From the NCBI RefSeq assembly GCF_964204645.1, contig NC_134028.1, forward strand, positions 15,507,653 through 15,571,652: a stretch of 64,000 nt of DNA. The letters run 5' to 3'. Below are positions 24,302 through 34,444 of the stretch, piece by piece. Origin of the DNA: Tubulanus polymorphus (Eukaryota > Animalia > Nemertea). Position 1 is the first letter of the stretch, and each line of letters starts with the position of its first letter. The notes beneath the pieces were generated by a model. That model searched no databases. It was not told where the DNA came from and worked only from the letters and a program-made list of their open reading frames with translations. Position numbers and translations under genes: made by a program.

Positions 24302-24910
24302 TTAAATAAATTCATATTTAAATGGGTGTTGTAATCTAAATAGTAATTTTGATCTTTTAATATTTTTCAACTTATCCATATATTCATTATGTAAATCATG
24401 TGGAATAATATCATTTTCCTCAAGTGCATTTTTCATTGATTTTCTATCTTTATTGTAGAATAAAACTAGAAATCTTATATTCTCCCTAAAGTCTTTAACA
24501 ATTGAATTATATTTTTGATTTAAAACCCATGTTGTTATCCCAAAATGTCTCCCAGAGAAAGCTAGATAACATAACTCACTTTCTCTAACTTTTGAATCAT
24601 GTAAATTTGCGCAATCATCTATGATAAATAATGTATTTGATCCTTTATAAATATCAATTGCTGTTTTAATACAATTATTTAAATTTTCTTTTACTGTTTT
24701 AGGATCTAATATAATAAATTTATTATTTCTAGTAATATTTCTATCATAAGTTTGACTAAATTCATACGTTGGGCAAAATAATACTATATTATCAAAATAG
24801 TTTTCATAAACAGTTTCTAATAAATTTAATATAAAATAAGTTTTTCCACAATTTGTTACGCCAGATATTAACATATTATGAGGCTCAAATATAAATAATT
24901 CTTTATTCAT
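24302..24910 (-). CDS. A32/FtsK-HerA family genome-packaging ATPase
   Basis: Walker A GVTNCGKT, Walker B IIDD, SGRHFGI, NQKY..IREN-like motif. Confidence 0.93.
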   Translation of the reverse strand: MNKELFIFEPHNMLISGVTNCGKTYFILNLLETVYENYFDNIVLFCPTYEFSQTYDRNITRNNKFIILDPKTVKENLNNCIKTAIDIYKGSNTLFIIDDCANLHDSKVRESELCYLAFSGRHFGITTWVLNQKYNSIVKDFRENIRFLVLFYNKDRKSMKNALEENDIIPHDLHNEYMDKLKNIKRSKLLFRLQHPFKYEFI

Positions 24911-26037
24911 TTATATATTTTTAATTTTACTTGATAATATCCATTCATTGAATTTATCTGGCCATCCAACCCATTTTACTAAAGAATATTTTTTCTTTTA
25001 ATAGTTTTTGTTTTTAATACTTTTTCAATTTTATATTCTTGTTCTAGATTTTCAGTAGTTAAACTTAATTCTTCTTCGTAAAAGTAGCCATCAACTTCTT
25101 CACCATCTAAATCTTCTAATTTATAGACATATGGGTTTGTTGTTATTACCTTTTTTATTTTGTATATTTCTCTAGTAAAATTTCGATCGTATCCTTTATC
25201 AAATATCTTTTTATACTTAGAAATTCTAACATTTTGACCAACTTTAAATTTAGGTTCACCAAAATCATCTACAAGAAATGCTCCATATAAATTATTCCAA
25301 ACAATTTCAGCATTTTCAGGTTTTCTAGCATCAATAGGTTTCATTCCAATAGAAGAATGATAAGAATTATTATATCCTTCTATCAATTTTGGTAAAACAT
25401 CAATCCATTTAAAAGTATTATTTGCTGTAAAATATTTCCACATTCTTGTTCTTAATGTTCTATTAAATCGTTCAACAACTGCTGCTTTTTTATCTGATTT
25501 TGTTGAAAAATATTTAATATTATGATTATCTAAGAGTTCATGAACAAGTGAATTATCAAACTCTTTTCCATCATCAAATTGTATTTTTTCTGGTTTTAGT
25601 TTATCATCCGAAAGAAATTTTCTTAAAACATTTGATGTTTGTACAGCATCTTTTCTATAAAGTGGGAAGCTCCATACATAACGACTAAGAATATCAATTA
25701 TATTCAATAACCACCAATAATCATCATTATCTTTCTTAACATTTTTCATATCAATTAAATCTCGTTGCCACTGTTGATCTACATAACTTACCATAGTTTT
25801 ACGAGTTTTATATTTTCTAACAATTTTTTTATGTGTTGTATATGTTGGTTGTTCTAACATAAATTCATTTATATCTTTATATTTAACTGAATTTTGTGGG
25901 ATTATCTTATCTAATTTATCTTGTTTTACTTTACTCCATATATTTTTAGTAGAAGAATAAGCAACCGAACTCTCAGGGTTGTAATATAAATTTCTTAAAT
26001 ATTGTTCTTTAGTATTAGGAGTTTTTTTACCACCCAT
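24911..26037 (-). CDS. Retroviral-like (rve) integrase with C-terminal chromodomain (frameshift at ~24990)
   Basis: DDE motifs QWQRDLID, IQFDDGKEF, KAAVVERFNRT. YKIEKVL continues in a shifted frame as YSLVKWVGWPDKFNEWI, whose TAA abuts the ATPase ATG. Confidence 0.93.
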
Positions 26038-26067
26038 TTATATATCCTTAATTTTAACTTTATATTT

Positions 26068-27315
26068 CTAATATTGAATACTATCTAATTGTGAATTTAC
26101 AATATTTAATTGTGCGTCAGATACAATATAAATATGCATTTTGAAATTTTTGTCCCCTCTTTTCTTCGCCATGAATAATTGTATTCCATCTTTAGTGTTC
26201 TGTAGTTTTTTCCCAGAACCATGTAATGAATTATCCTCTGTTGTTCTAAAATCTAACCATAATGCATATTTATTACCGGTATAATAATCAATTTGATTAA
26301 TATTACAATTTTCAAATGATTTTACTTTTTCATTCATAAAATGTTTTCTAATTTCTGGCCATTGATCAATCATTCTCATTCCTTGACAAAATATTTTATT
26401 TGCTATTCCTTCGATAGTTATTTCAACTTTTGTTATTTCAGGATTATAATAATTATCTACCTTTATTGCGCCATTAGAATATGTTGCAATAGTAAAAAAT
26501 ATTAATATACCTTTAATAGATCTTCTTGGGAAGTTAATATTCTCATTAATTATTTCATCATTTGCATCAATAGTTACAGTTTTAAATTTATCAATATAAT
26601 CATATAATAATGAAAATCCTTGATTGTATTGAGTTTGAATTGTGCTAGCAATATTTTCATTAGTAACTGTGTTATATTCTAAACATATATTCGATAATTT
26701 ATAACCCATATCTTTAACAACGCTAGATAATACAATTTCATTTACAGGAGCAAATGTTATCTCAAATATAATATCTTCTTGAATTGCATATTTATATAAA
26801 GGTGCATTGTTATTTATCAATTCAAAGTCTAATGGAATTTTATATTTGCTTCCATAAATCTTTTTAATCAAATTATCTGTGGCACGAGTTACTATTGCGT
26901 CATTAGCTCCTGATCTTAATTTATTATGGTTTTCCGATTGAATACCCTGAAATATCATATTATTTCTATTTTCTTTAGTTAACCATAAATCTTTATAATG
27001 CATAAATAAATTATAATCATCTAATGAGAAAACTGTTTCTGGACCAATCTTTATAGTTAATTTTTTAATCAAATATCTCCCAACATTATCAACAACATAA
27101 TTATTATCATGACCAATTACTTTTATATCAGCTGATAAATAAATACTATTTGGAACATAAAAAGTATTTTGTGTTAATCTAGGGATTCTAACATATAAAG
27201 TTTCATCGGGATTAATATTTGAAGGGTTATGAGTAATTATATGATGTGATCTTTCTGCTTTAATGGCATTAGATATTCTAGAAATCTTAGAAGGACTTAT
27301 ATAACTCCCACTCAT
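26068..27315 (-). CDS. Major capsid protein (double jelly-roll, inferred)
   Basis: 415 aa, intact and beta-strand rich. Position and size fit a Polinton MCP. Conserved in the older element. The fold needs profile or structure confirmation. Confidence 0.78.
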   Translation of the reverse strand: MSGSYISPSKISRISNAIKAERSHHIITHNPSNINPDETLYVRIPRLTQNTFYVPNSIYLSADIKVIGHDNNYVVDNVGRYLIKKLTIKIGPETVFSLDDYNLFMHYKDLWLTKENRNNMIFQGIQSENHNKLRSGANDAIVTRATDNLIKKIYGSKYKIPLDFELINNNAPLYKYAIQEDIIFEITFAPVNEIVLSSVVKDMGYKLSNICLEYNTVTNENIASTIQTQYNQGFSLLYDYIDKFKTVTIDANDEIINENINFPRRSIKGILIFFTIATYSNGAIKVDNYYNPEITKVEITIEGIANKIFCQGMRMIDQWPEIRKHFMNEKVKSFENCNINQIDYYTGNKYALWLDFRTTEDNSLHGSGKKLQNTKDGIQLFMAKKRGDKNFKMHIYIVSDAQLNIVNSQLDSIQY

Positions 27316-27335
27316 TTATTTAACAAAAAAATTAA

Positions 27336-28770
27336 TTATTTATTTTTGATCATGTTTACTAAACCAAAAATAATAGCACTTACAACTGTAATTAAAAATA
27401 AAATAATATGTTCAGCAGCAAAGTTAAGAATATTCCCAGCAGATTTCAATATAAAACCAACAATTGATGCAATAACTCCTGGCAATGCTGCAGCAGATTT
27501 TTTAAGTAGTTCCCATAAATATTTTGCTAATTTCTTTAAACCATCCTTAACTTTATCTTGTATAGAATTATTATCATTCGGGGGTTTATCCGGTTTATTG
27601 GGAGTAGGAGTAGATTTCAAAGCATTTGATATTGCTAAACCAATTGTTGTAAATAACATAGTTACAGCTGTTAGAATTGAAAGAATTGTTATTCCTTCTA
27701 ATTTAAATAATAACTTTATTCTATCTTTTAATGATATTTCAGAATTTAGTTTAATCAACAAATCTTTAAAAATAACTTTTAATCTATTAATATTATAATC
27801 ATATGATTTTAACAATAATTTAATTTCTTCTTTTTGTAATTCTATGTTATATTCTAAATCATCTTTTTTTATTTTCTAAACGTAATTCTTTTTGCCTATA
27901 TTCTATTTCATCAATTACTTGATGATCTAAATCAGACTTTAATTGTTCTATTTCTTTATTTTTATCAGTTAATTCTTTTTCTAAAGTTCTAATTTTAAAA
28001 TCTCTTATACTTTTATCATGCGCAATTTTATTAGATGCAAGTCTTATACTAATAATTTCTCTAATTGCTTTATCAGAAAATATATCTAAATCTTCTAATT
28101 CTTGATCTGTTGCATCAATTAATCCATTCGGTAAAAGTTTTTCAATTGGAACTTTATTTGATTTAAGTTTACTATTTTTGGAAGTTATATTCTGTTCAGA
28201 AGTTGTTTCTGTTTCTGATTTCTTTTTGATTATTTCAAATAATTCATTAATTCTTTGTTTAAATACATCTATATTATCATCTATTTCTTTTTGTGTAACA
28301 TCAGTTATTTCATTACTATTACTTATTATTTTAATTCTATCTGGTTTTAATTTTTCTAAAGTTGATTCTGATAATATTTTATTTTTATTATTTTTATAAG
28401 TGATATCAATATAATAATCACCTTTCAAACGATAATAACATTTACCATTATCTAAAAATTTTAATTGATCTGCTAAAAGTCCAACGTCTTCATCATTTAT
28501 GTTAAGTTTAGATTTTTCAATTAAATCTTCTAATTTAGGTATTTTGTTTAAATTATCTAAATCTTGTTTTACTAAATCTGGATCTAAATTTTCAGGATTT
28601 AATTGTGATTCAGCATTTTTAATATAATCAGGCATATTCAAATTATTACTATATTCTGGCTCATTACCATCATTAAAACTTGTTTCATCAAAATCAGGTG
28701 GTTGTTCATCAGTTATACCAGGTTCATCAAAAGGATCCATTCCAATATCTTCTCCACCTTCTACATCCAT
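27336..28770 (-). pseudogene. Acidic/coiled-coil protein with multi-helix hydrophobic C-terminus, split by a +1 frameshift in an A-run at ~27864-27870
   Basis: 303-aa and 159-aa ORFs join as ENKK-DDLEYNIELQKEEIKLLLKSYDY. The relic at 57253-57870 has the same linker. Confidence 0.8.
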
Positions 28771-28786
28771 TTATATAATAAAAAAA

Positions 28787-30233
28787 TTAAAATTTAAAAT
28801 ATAATATTCCTCCTATAACAATTCCTATACAAGTTATAGCTAATTTAGTATTTTCATGGGATTTATTGTCATTATCAGTTTTAATTATATCATGTTGAAT
28901 AACACCGTGTGGGTGCCGTATGGCACCATTATCAGTTTTAATATCACCGTGTGGGTGCCGTACGGCACCATTTTCTGTAGTATTGTAATCTTTTATTTTG
29001 GAATCATTATCCAATTTAATATTCTTAGTTTTAGTTTCTGTTGATTGAATATGTTTTTTATTTTTTTCACCTTCCATTAATTTTGTAGCAGTAATAATCT
29101 TTTTATTTATATCATTTAACCCAAATGAATTATTTATTGTTGCAGTTTTAATTAGATTATTATAACCAATTATGTTTCCCATCTTTAATACTAAATCATT
29201 AGAAATAATTAATAGATTAGGGCCTATACAATAATTTAATCTAATATGTGATTTATCTAAATAATTTTGATATCTTATAATGTTTTCTGGAATCGATCTA
29301 TTTTTATCATTATGTATGGAATCTTCAAATAATACTTTGAATTGTTTCTGTGTATCAAATGATGTATTCAAATTTCCAATTATCGGTGATCTTGTTTCAA
29401 CTTGCGCACCTAAAATACATATCAAATAAGTTCTAATAGATTGATTTATTCTTTGTATACCTGATTTAGTAAAACCTTCATTATTTTCTAAAATGAAATA
29501 AACCCAACCATTATTGTTTTCTTGTTTTAAATTATCATAAAATTTCGGTAATTTATTGAAATTTAATGTTTCTAAATCCTTTGTTTCTATTTTACCACAA
29601 CCTAATTTATTATTATAGATATTATAAAAGCTATTAGATGGTATGGGAAGTGCATAATATTCTGCAATCTTATTAGGGCAAGGAAGTGACCTTATTGTTC
29701 CAATTTTTGTTCTAAAATCAGAATTATTTATATCTATATTAAATTCATTACAAATTTTATAAAACTTTGATGAATTAATATTATTATCTAATTCTTTAAA
29801 ATATCTTGATCCTGGCAAAGCGCACTCTAATTCATTTAATATTATTCTGATTTGAGAGTATGTATGAAATCTAAATAAACTTTGAATTAATTTATATTTA
29901 GAATTATTCAAATGATCATTCCAACTAATTCCACAACCTGTTGTTGCACAATAAACAGCAAAATTTAATTGGTTCTTTCTGCCAATACTTCATATTAGAT
30001 TTTAATAACCATTGTTTTTCATCTTTCAATTTTTTAAAATTAATTTAATATACATGAAATATATTTTCCATCTTTGCATTAAAATTATTAGTTTCAGTAA
30101 CATAAATTTCTAAATTAGTTAATGAATCTAAAACTTCATTTCTATATGTAATATCTTTATTAAAATCTATTGCTGGAATATTATATTTAATTGATTTATT
30201 ATATTGAAAAGCTTTTGGAAAACTATCTACCAT
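28787..30233 (-). pseudogene. Conserved Polinton protein (QLNFAVYCATTGCG...FRFH) with C-terminal TM anchor; 5' part frameshifted
   Basis: 62-aa and 374-aa ORFs are joined through the disrupted region 29912-30044. The N-terminus is paralogous to 30250-30801. Confidence 0.75.
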
Positions 30234-30249
30234 TTATTTAATAAAAAAA

Positions 30250-30801
30250 TTAATAATTTATTAATTCTTTTAATAATTTATCTTGTTCTTCAACTGTTAT
30301 ATGACCATTTAAACTCATGATATAATCTAGTGTGTTCTTAGAAAAATTAATATTATTATTCAATTCTTTAAAATATTTTGAACCTGGTAAAGGACATTCT
30401 AATTCATCTAATATTAATTTTATTTGAAAATAAGTATGAAATCTAAAAAGTGATAACATCAATGGTAAACTTGGTTTGTTTAAATGATCATTCCAACTAA
30501 TTCCACAACCTGTTGTTGCACAATAAACAGCGAAATTTAATTGGTTCTGCCAATACTTCATATTAGATTTTAAAAACCATTGTTTTGCCTCATTTAAATT
30601 TTTGAAATTAATTGTATACACATGAAATATATTTTCCATCATTACATGAAAATTATTACTTTCAGTAACATAAATATATAAATCAATTAATGAATTTAAA
30701 ACTTCATTTCTATATGTAATATCTTTATTAAAATCAATTGCTGGAATATTATATCTAATTGATTTATTATATTGGAAAGCTTTTGGAAAACTATCTGCCA
30801 T
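30250..30801 (-). CDS. Truncated paralog of the downstream gene, fused to the tail of the upstream gene
   Basis: MADSFPKAFQYNKS vs MVDSFPKAFQYNKS. The tail NTLDYIMSLNGHITVEEQDKLLKEL duplicates 30828-30906. Confidence 0.7.
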   Translation of the reverse strand: MADSFPKAFQYNKSIRYNIPAIDFNKDITYRNEVLNSLIDLYIYVTESNNFHVMMENIFHVYTINFKNLNEAKQWFLKSNMKYWQNQLNFAVYCATTGCGISWNDHLNKPSLPLMLSLFRFHTYFQIKLILDELECPLPGSKYFKELNNNINFSKNTLDYIMSLNGHITVEEQDKLLKELINY

Positions 30802-30906
30802 TTATATAATTTGAAAATTAATAATTTATAATTCTTTTAATAATTTATCTTGTTCTTCAACTGTTATATGGCCATTTAAACTTATTATATAATCTAGTGT
30901 ATTCTT

Positions 30907-31248
30907 TCATTTATTAATTTCTTTTATATTAGTTTTAATTTTTTCTTTATTACTTTTTATATTTAATTTTGAACTTATACCGGTTAAAACACTTGAACTT
31001 AATCCTAACACACCAATTGATATAGCTAAAGGTGTTAATGGGCTGAATATTGCTAAAAATGTTATTACAGAACTAATTGTAACCGAACCACTAATAATCA
31101 AATAATATATAATTTTACTTTTTAAATATTTTTTTTTTATCTTTAAGTCACTTTCAAATTCTAATATTTGTTTTTCTAAATATGTTTTTAATTTAGTTTT
31201 ATTTATATCATGAGGAATAATATCAATACTATCAACTTTATCTTCCAT
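30907..31248 (-). CDS. Small two-TM protein (probably originally extended to ~30828)
   Basis: Two hydrophobic stretches. TAAATG start. The frame continues past TGA as KNTLDYIISLNGHITVEEQ. Confidence 0.7.
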   Translation of the reverse strand: MEDKVDSIDIIPHDINKTKLKTYLEKQILEFESDLKIKKKYLKSKIIYYLIISGSVTISSVITFLAIFSPLTPLAISIGVLGLSSSVLTGISSKLNIKSNKEKIKTNIKEINK

Positions 31249-31264
31249 TTATTTAGAAAAAAAA

Positions 31265-31685
31265 TTACTTATTATTAAACTTATAAGCAACAAATATAAC
31301 AATAACAGTTCCACCTAAAATCCAAATTATTTCATATTTCTTCTGTTCATTACTTGGGGTATAATAATCTGATAATTTAGGTTTGTATAGATGTAATTTT
31401 TCTTTATTGGTTACCGCGTTATATAAACTCATTGCATCATCAACTGATTAAAAATCTCTATGTGAAATCTTCTGATCATATAATTCTTTGTTAATATAAT
31501 CCATATAGTTTTGCCTCTTTTCTCTATATTTAAGCTTTATTGTATTTCTCTAACGCTAAGTTATGTCTTCTTTGTTCTCCTAATGAACTATTTTTATCAA
31601 TATGTTTAAATAAATATCCACCACCAGTAAATGCCAAAGCGTTAACAATTGCCGATCCTATAATAGTTATAATTGCAGAAGCCAT
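31265..31685 (-). pseudogene. Small membrane-associated Polinton protein (stops/frameshift), absent from the ORF track
   Basis: MASAIITIIGSAIVNALAFTGGGYLF..EQRRHNLALEK..PKLSDYYTPSNEQKKYEIIWILGG. TAAATG start. Confidence 0.7.
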
Positions 31686-31709
31686 TTATTTAGTAAAAAA
31701 ATTATGCAT

Positions 31710-31931
31710 TTATATGGGAGGAATATATTTTTGTTTTTCCAAATAATCAATAGTTAAATTAGATAAAGTAATTGCTAATGTTAACTTTAAAATATCATTT
31801 ATATCAAATCTATCAACATTAACACTTCCCATTTTGAATACTTTTTTTAATACCATTGAATAACCAACAGTTCCAACTGATAGTAATGCTCCATTATATA
31901 ATCCAGTTATTATCCACTTATTATCACTCAT
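31710..31931 (-). CDS. 73-aa hydrophobic protein
   Basis: T-tract/TAAATG start, tightly packed with neighbours. Confidence 0.75.
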   Translation of the reverse strand: MSDNKWIITGLYNGALLSVGTVGYSMVLKKVFKMGSVNVDRFDINDILKLTLAITLSNLTIDYLEKQKYIPPI

Positions 31932-31934
31932 TTA

Positions 31935-32288
31935 TTAATCAAAAAAATTACTATCTTCAAAATATTTAGTTATCTTAGTGATGATTAATTCAACATTTAT
32001 TTTATTACTAGTTTCATTTGTATATATTTCAATTATTATTTTTCTAATATCATCGATGATAAAATCTTCATTTAATTCATAAAATCTTAAAGATTCTCTA
32101 ATTAAATTAGTAATCTTTTCTACATTTAAAGTTTCTTTATCTATTGTTGTTTTATACTCAAATGTTGTTTCATTAGAAAATGCAATATTTTTAATATGTG
32201 TAATTACATCATTAATGTTAAATTTCATTTCTTTCTCACGTTTAAAATCAAATCCAAAACATATACTCGGTCCAACAGTTATATTCAT
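31935..32288 (-). CDS. 117-aa hypothetical protein
   Basis: T-tract/TAAATG start, tightly packed with neighbours. Confidence 0.72.
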   Translation of the reverse strand: MNITVGPSICFGFDFKREKEMKFNINDVITHIKNIAFSNETTFEYKTTIDKETLNVEKITNLIRESLRFYELNEDFIIDDIRKIIIEIYTNETSNKINVELIITKITKYFEDSNFFD

Positions 32289-32304
32289 TTATATAGTGAA
32301 AAAA

Positions 32305-33062
32305 TTACTCTTTACATCTTATAACTAATTCATAAATTACAGGAAAGTTATTCAAATCAATTAAATAACCATTATGATTTCTTATTTCTAATTTAAAATT
32401 ATTGAAATGTGGAATACAAGGTTTGAAATCACATTCAGTTAAATTATAATTTATTTGAGTTCCAAATTGTTTGACATTTTTTAATGGTAAAATATTTAAT
32501 AAACCAGAATTACAAATTGTATCTTTAGTTGCTTCAAATGTTTTTGTTGGGTCAATAAATTGCAATAAATATAAAAGTGTGTAAAAGGTATTAAGTTTGA
32601 TCTACCTTCTGCGTGTGCTGTAACAATATTTGGGTTAATTCCTAACAGTTTAGCTAAAGGTTTTCTTACTGTAAATTTAAATTGTTCGTTATTATCTAAC
32701 CTAATCTTTATTTTATTAGAACTATCACTTTTTAAAATTCTAATATTAAATTTAGAATCACTTCCTAATTTAGCTCGAGCTTTTCTATTAATTTCTTGTG
32801 CTAATGTATCTAAATTATATAATCCTGGTTTTAAATATATAAAATACCATTCATTCATTTTTTTGTAAAAGATTGAAAAAATTAAATGTTCTAGACTTTT
32901 ATCCGATATATTGTAAAATGAGTTACATAAACTTATATTTACTAATTTTAAATCAACACAATTCTTAAATTCTCTATCTAATTGTACTAGTAAATTATGT
33001 GATTTATAATTTGTAAGTTTTCTAGAATCAACAAATATTCTGTGTTCTTTTAATTCTACCAT
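32305..33062 (-). pseudogene. Minor capsid protein (penton, single jelly-roll), 1-bp frameshift at ~32556
   Basis: N-terminal IFVDSR..LVNISLCNSFYNI..LKPGLY and C-terminal LEIRNHNGYLIDLNN are typical of Polinton/virophage pentons. YIYCNL/IDP rejoins with one base added. Confidence 0.75.
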
Positions 33063-33130
33063 TATTTATAACATAAAAAAATTACCGCTCATCACTAAAA
33101 ATTAATTTTAATAAAATTTTTCCTAAATAA

Positions 33131-34444
33131 ATGGATGAGAAGATAGCATGCGAAATTTGTGGTGAACTTCTAAGAAAAAGTAACATGGCTCGACATATGA
33201 AAAAACATGATGAAAATTATAAACCCCCTAAAATAAACTGTCCAAAATGTAATAAATTATTCTCAAGAAATTATGTTAAAAAACATTCAGAGAAGTGTAG
33301 AATTAATGGCGCAACGGCTAATGTTGATAGTAATGAAAGTAATAGTAATTCTGCTGAAGTTGAACCTGAAGTTATTTGGAAAAGACCTTTCTTATTCTAT
33401 GATAAGGATAATATAAAAAATCATTTCTGTGAGCCTTGTCGAATAAAATATAGCCCTGAAAATATAGAAGAGTGGGAGAATCATCGATTTCGTAAAGTAC
33501 ATATGGATAAAATTTCTAATAAATTTGAAACTGAATTTAATGAAAGAAAAAATAATTTATTAGAAAAAATAAAATATGAGAAAACGTTACCAGATAATAA
33601 AGAAACAGTTGAAAAGTTAGAAAAACAATATAATGAATTAACAAGAAAAACATATTATTGTAAATATTGTAAATTGATTATTACAACAAGTAATTCAAAT
33701 CTACATAATAGAACAATAAAACATAAAGAAAACGTAAGAAAATACCAAGAGCTTAATGAAGATCTATTACCAATAAATTATAAACAAAAATGCCCACAAT
33801 GTATTTATGCGACCTTAAGACAAGAAGGTACTGTGTTATTTTGTAATGAATGTGGATGGCAAAAGAATTTATTGGGTGAAGAAAAAACTAGAGATTTTCT
33901 CATAGATCCAAAATTAAATTATCTAGATGAAATTTTTAAAATATTTTCTATGGAAGATCATACACCAGAATATATGCAATGGCTTGAAAAAATGAAAATA
34001 ATAGAAAATAAAAATGGTAAAATAACTAAAAAAGATATTATAAATACAATTATTCCGTCAACATTTAACACAAAACAAAAGAAAATGTATTTATATTTAT
34101 TATTTAACGATTATTATGAAAAACCTAAATTAACAGAAGAAGATATGGAAAATATAAAAAAAATATTCAAACAAATATTAATGTATCATTTGGAAAATAG
34201 AATAACAGATTCAATAAATTATGAATTCTTTTTAAATAAGATTGTAAATTATTTAAACCTAGATATTATAATTCCATTCGACGAATTAACAAACAAAAAG
34301 AAACAAACAGAGCGAGATGAAATGTGGAACAAGACAGAACTTTATTTAAATGAAAAAAATGGAATGGAAGAAGAACCTAAACAATTAAATGAAAATGAAG
34401 AAGCCAATAGTGATTTCGAGTTTGATGATATAGATCCATTTTGA
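33131..34444 (+). CDS. Multi-C2H2 zinc-finger protein with C-terminal VLTF3 (poxvirus A2)-like domain
   Basis: Four CxxC..H fingers, zinc ribbon CPQC..CNECG, then PKLTEE..IF..SINYEFFLNKI..RDEMWNK, recalling the VLTF3 C-terminal motif. Intact, 437 aa. Confidence 0.7.
   Translation: MDEKIACEICGELLRKSNMARHMKKHDENYKPPKINCPKCNKLFSRNYVKKHSEKCRINGATANVDSNESNSNSAEVEPEVIWKRPFLFYDKDNIKNHFCEPCRIKYSPENIEEWENHRFRKVHMDKISNKFETEFNERKNNLLEKIKYEKTLPDNKETVEKLEKQYNELTRKTYYCKYCKLIITTSNSNLHNRTIKHKENVRKYQELNEDLLPINYKQKCPQCIYATLRQEGTVLFCNECGWQKNLLGEEKTRDFLIDPKLNYLDEIFKIFSMEDHTPEYMQWLEKMKIIENKNGKITKKDIINTIIPSTFNTKQKKMYLYLLFNDYYEKPKLTEEDMENIKKIFKQILMYHLENRITDSINYEFFLNKIVNYLNLDIIIPFDELTNKKKQTERDEMWNKTELYLNEKNGMEEEPKQLNENEEANSDFEFDDIDPF

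Noticed and set aside
27859-27870. Programmed ribosomal frameshifts at A-runs (also ~24990 and ~32556)
   Set aside because: The element also has nonsense codons and a large deletion, so decay or homopolymer sequencing error is simpler.
34342-34444. 103-bp antisense overlap of the pPolB and VLTF3-like 3' ends
   Set aside because: pPolB homology ends at TLPYGY. The extension is probably stop loss or tolerated read-through.
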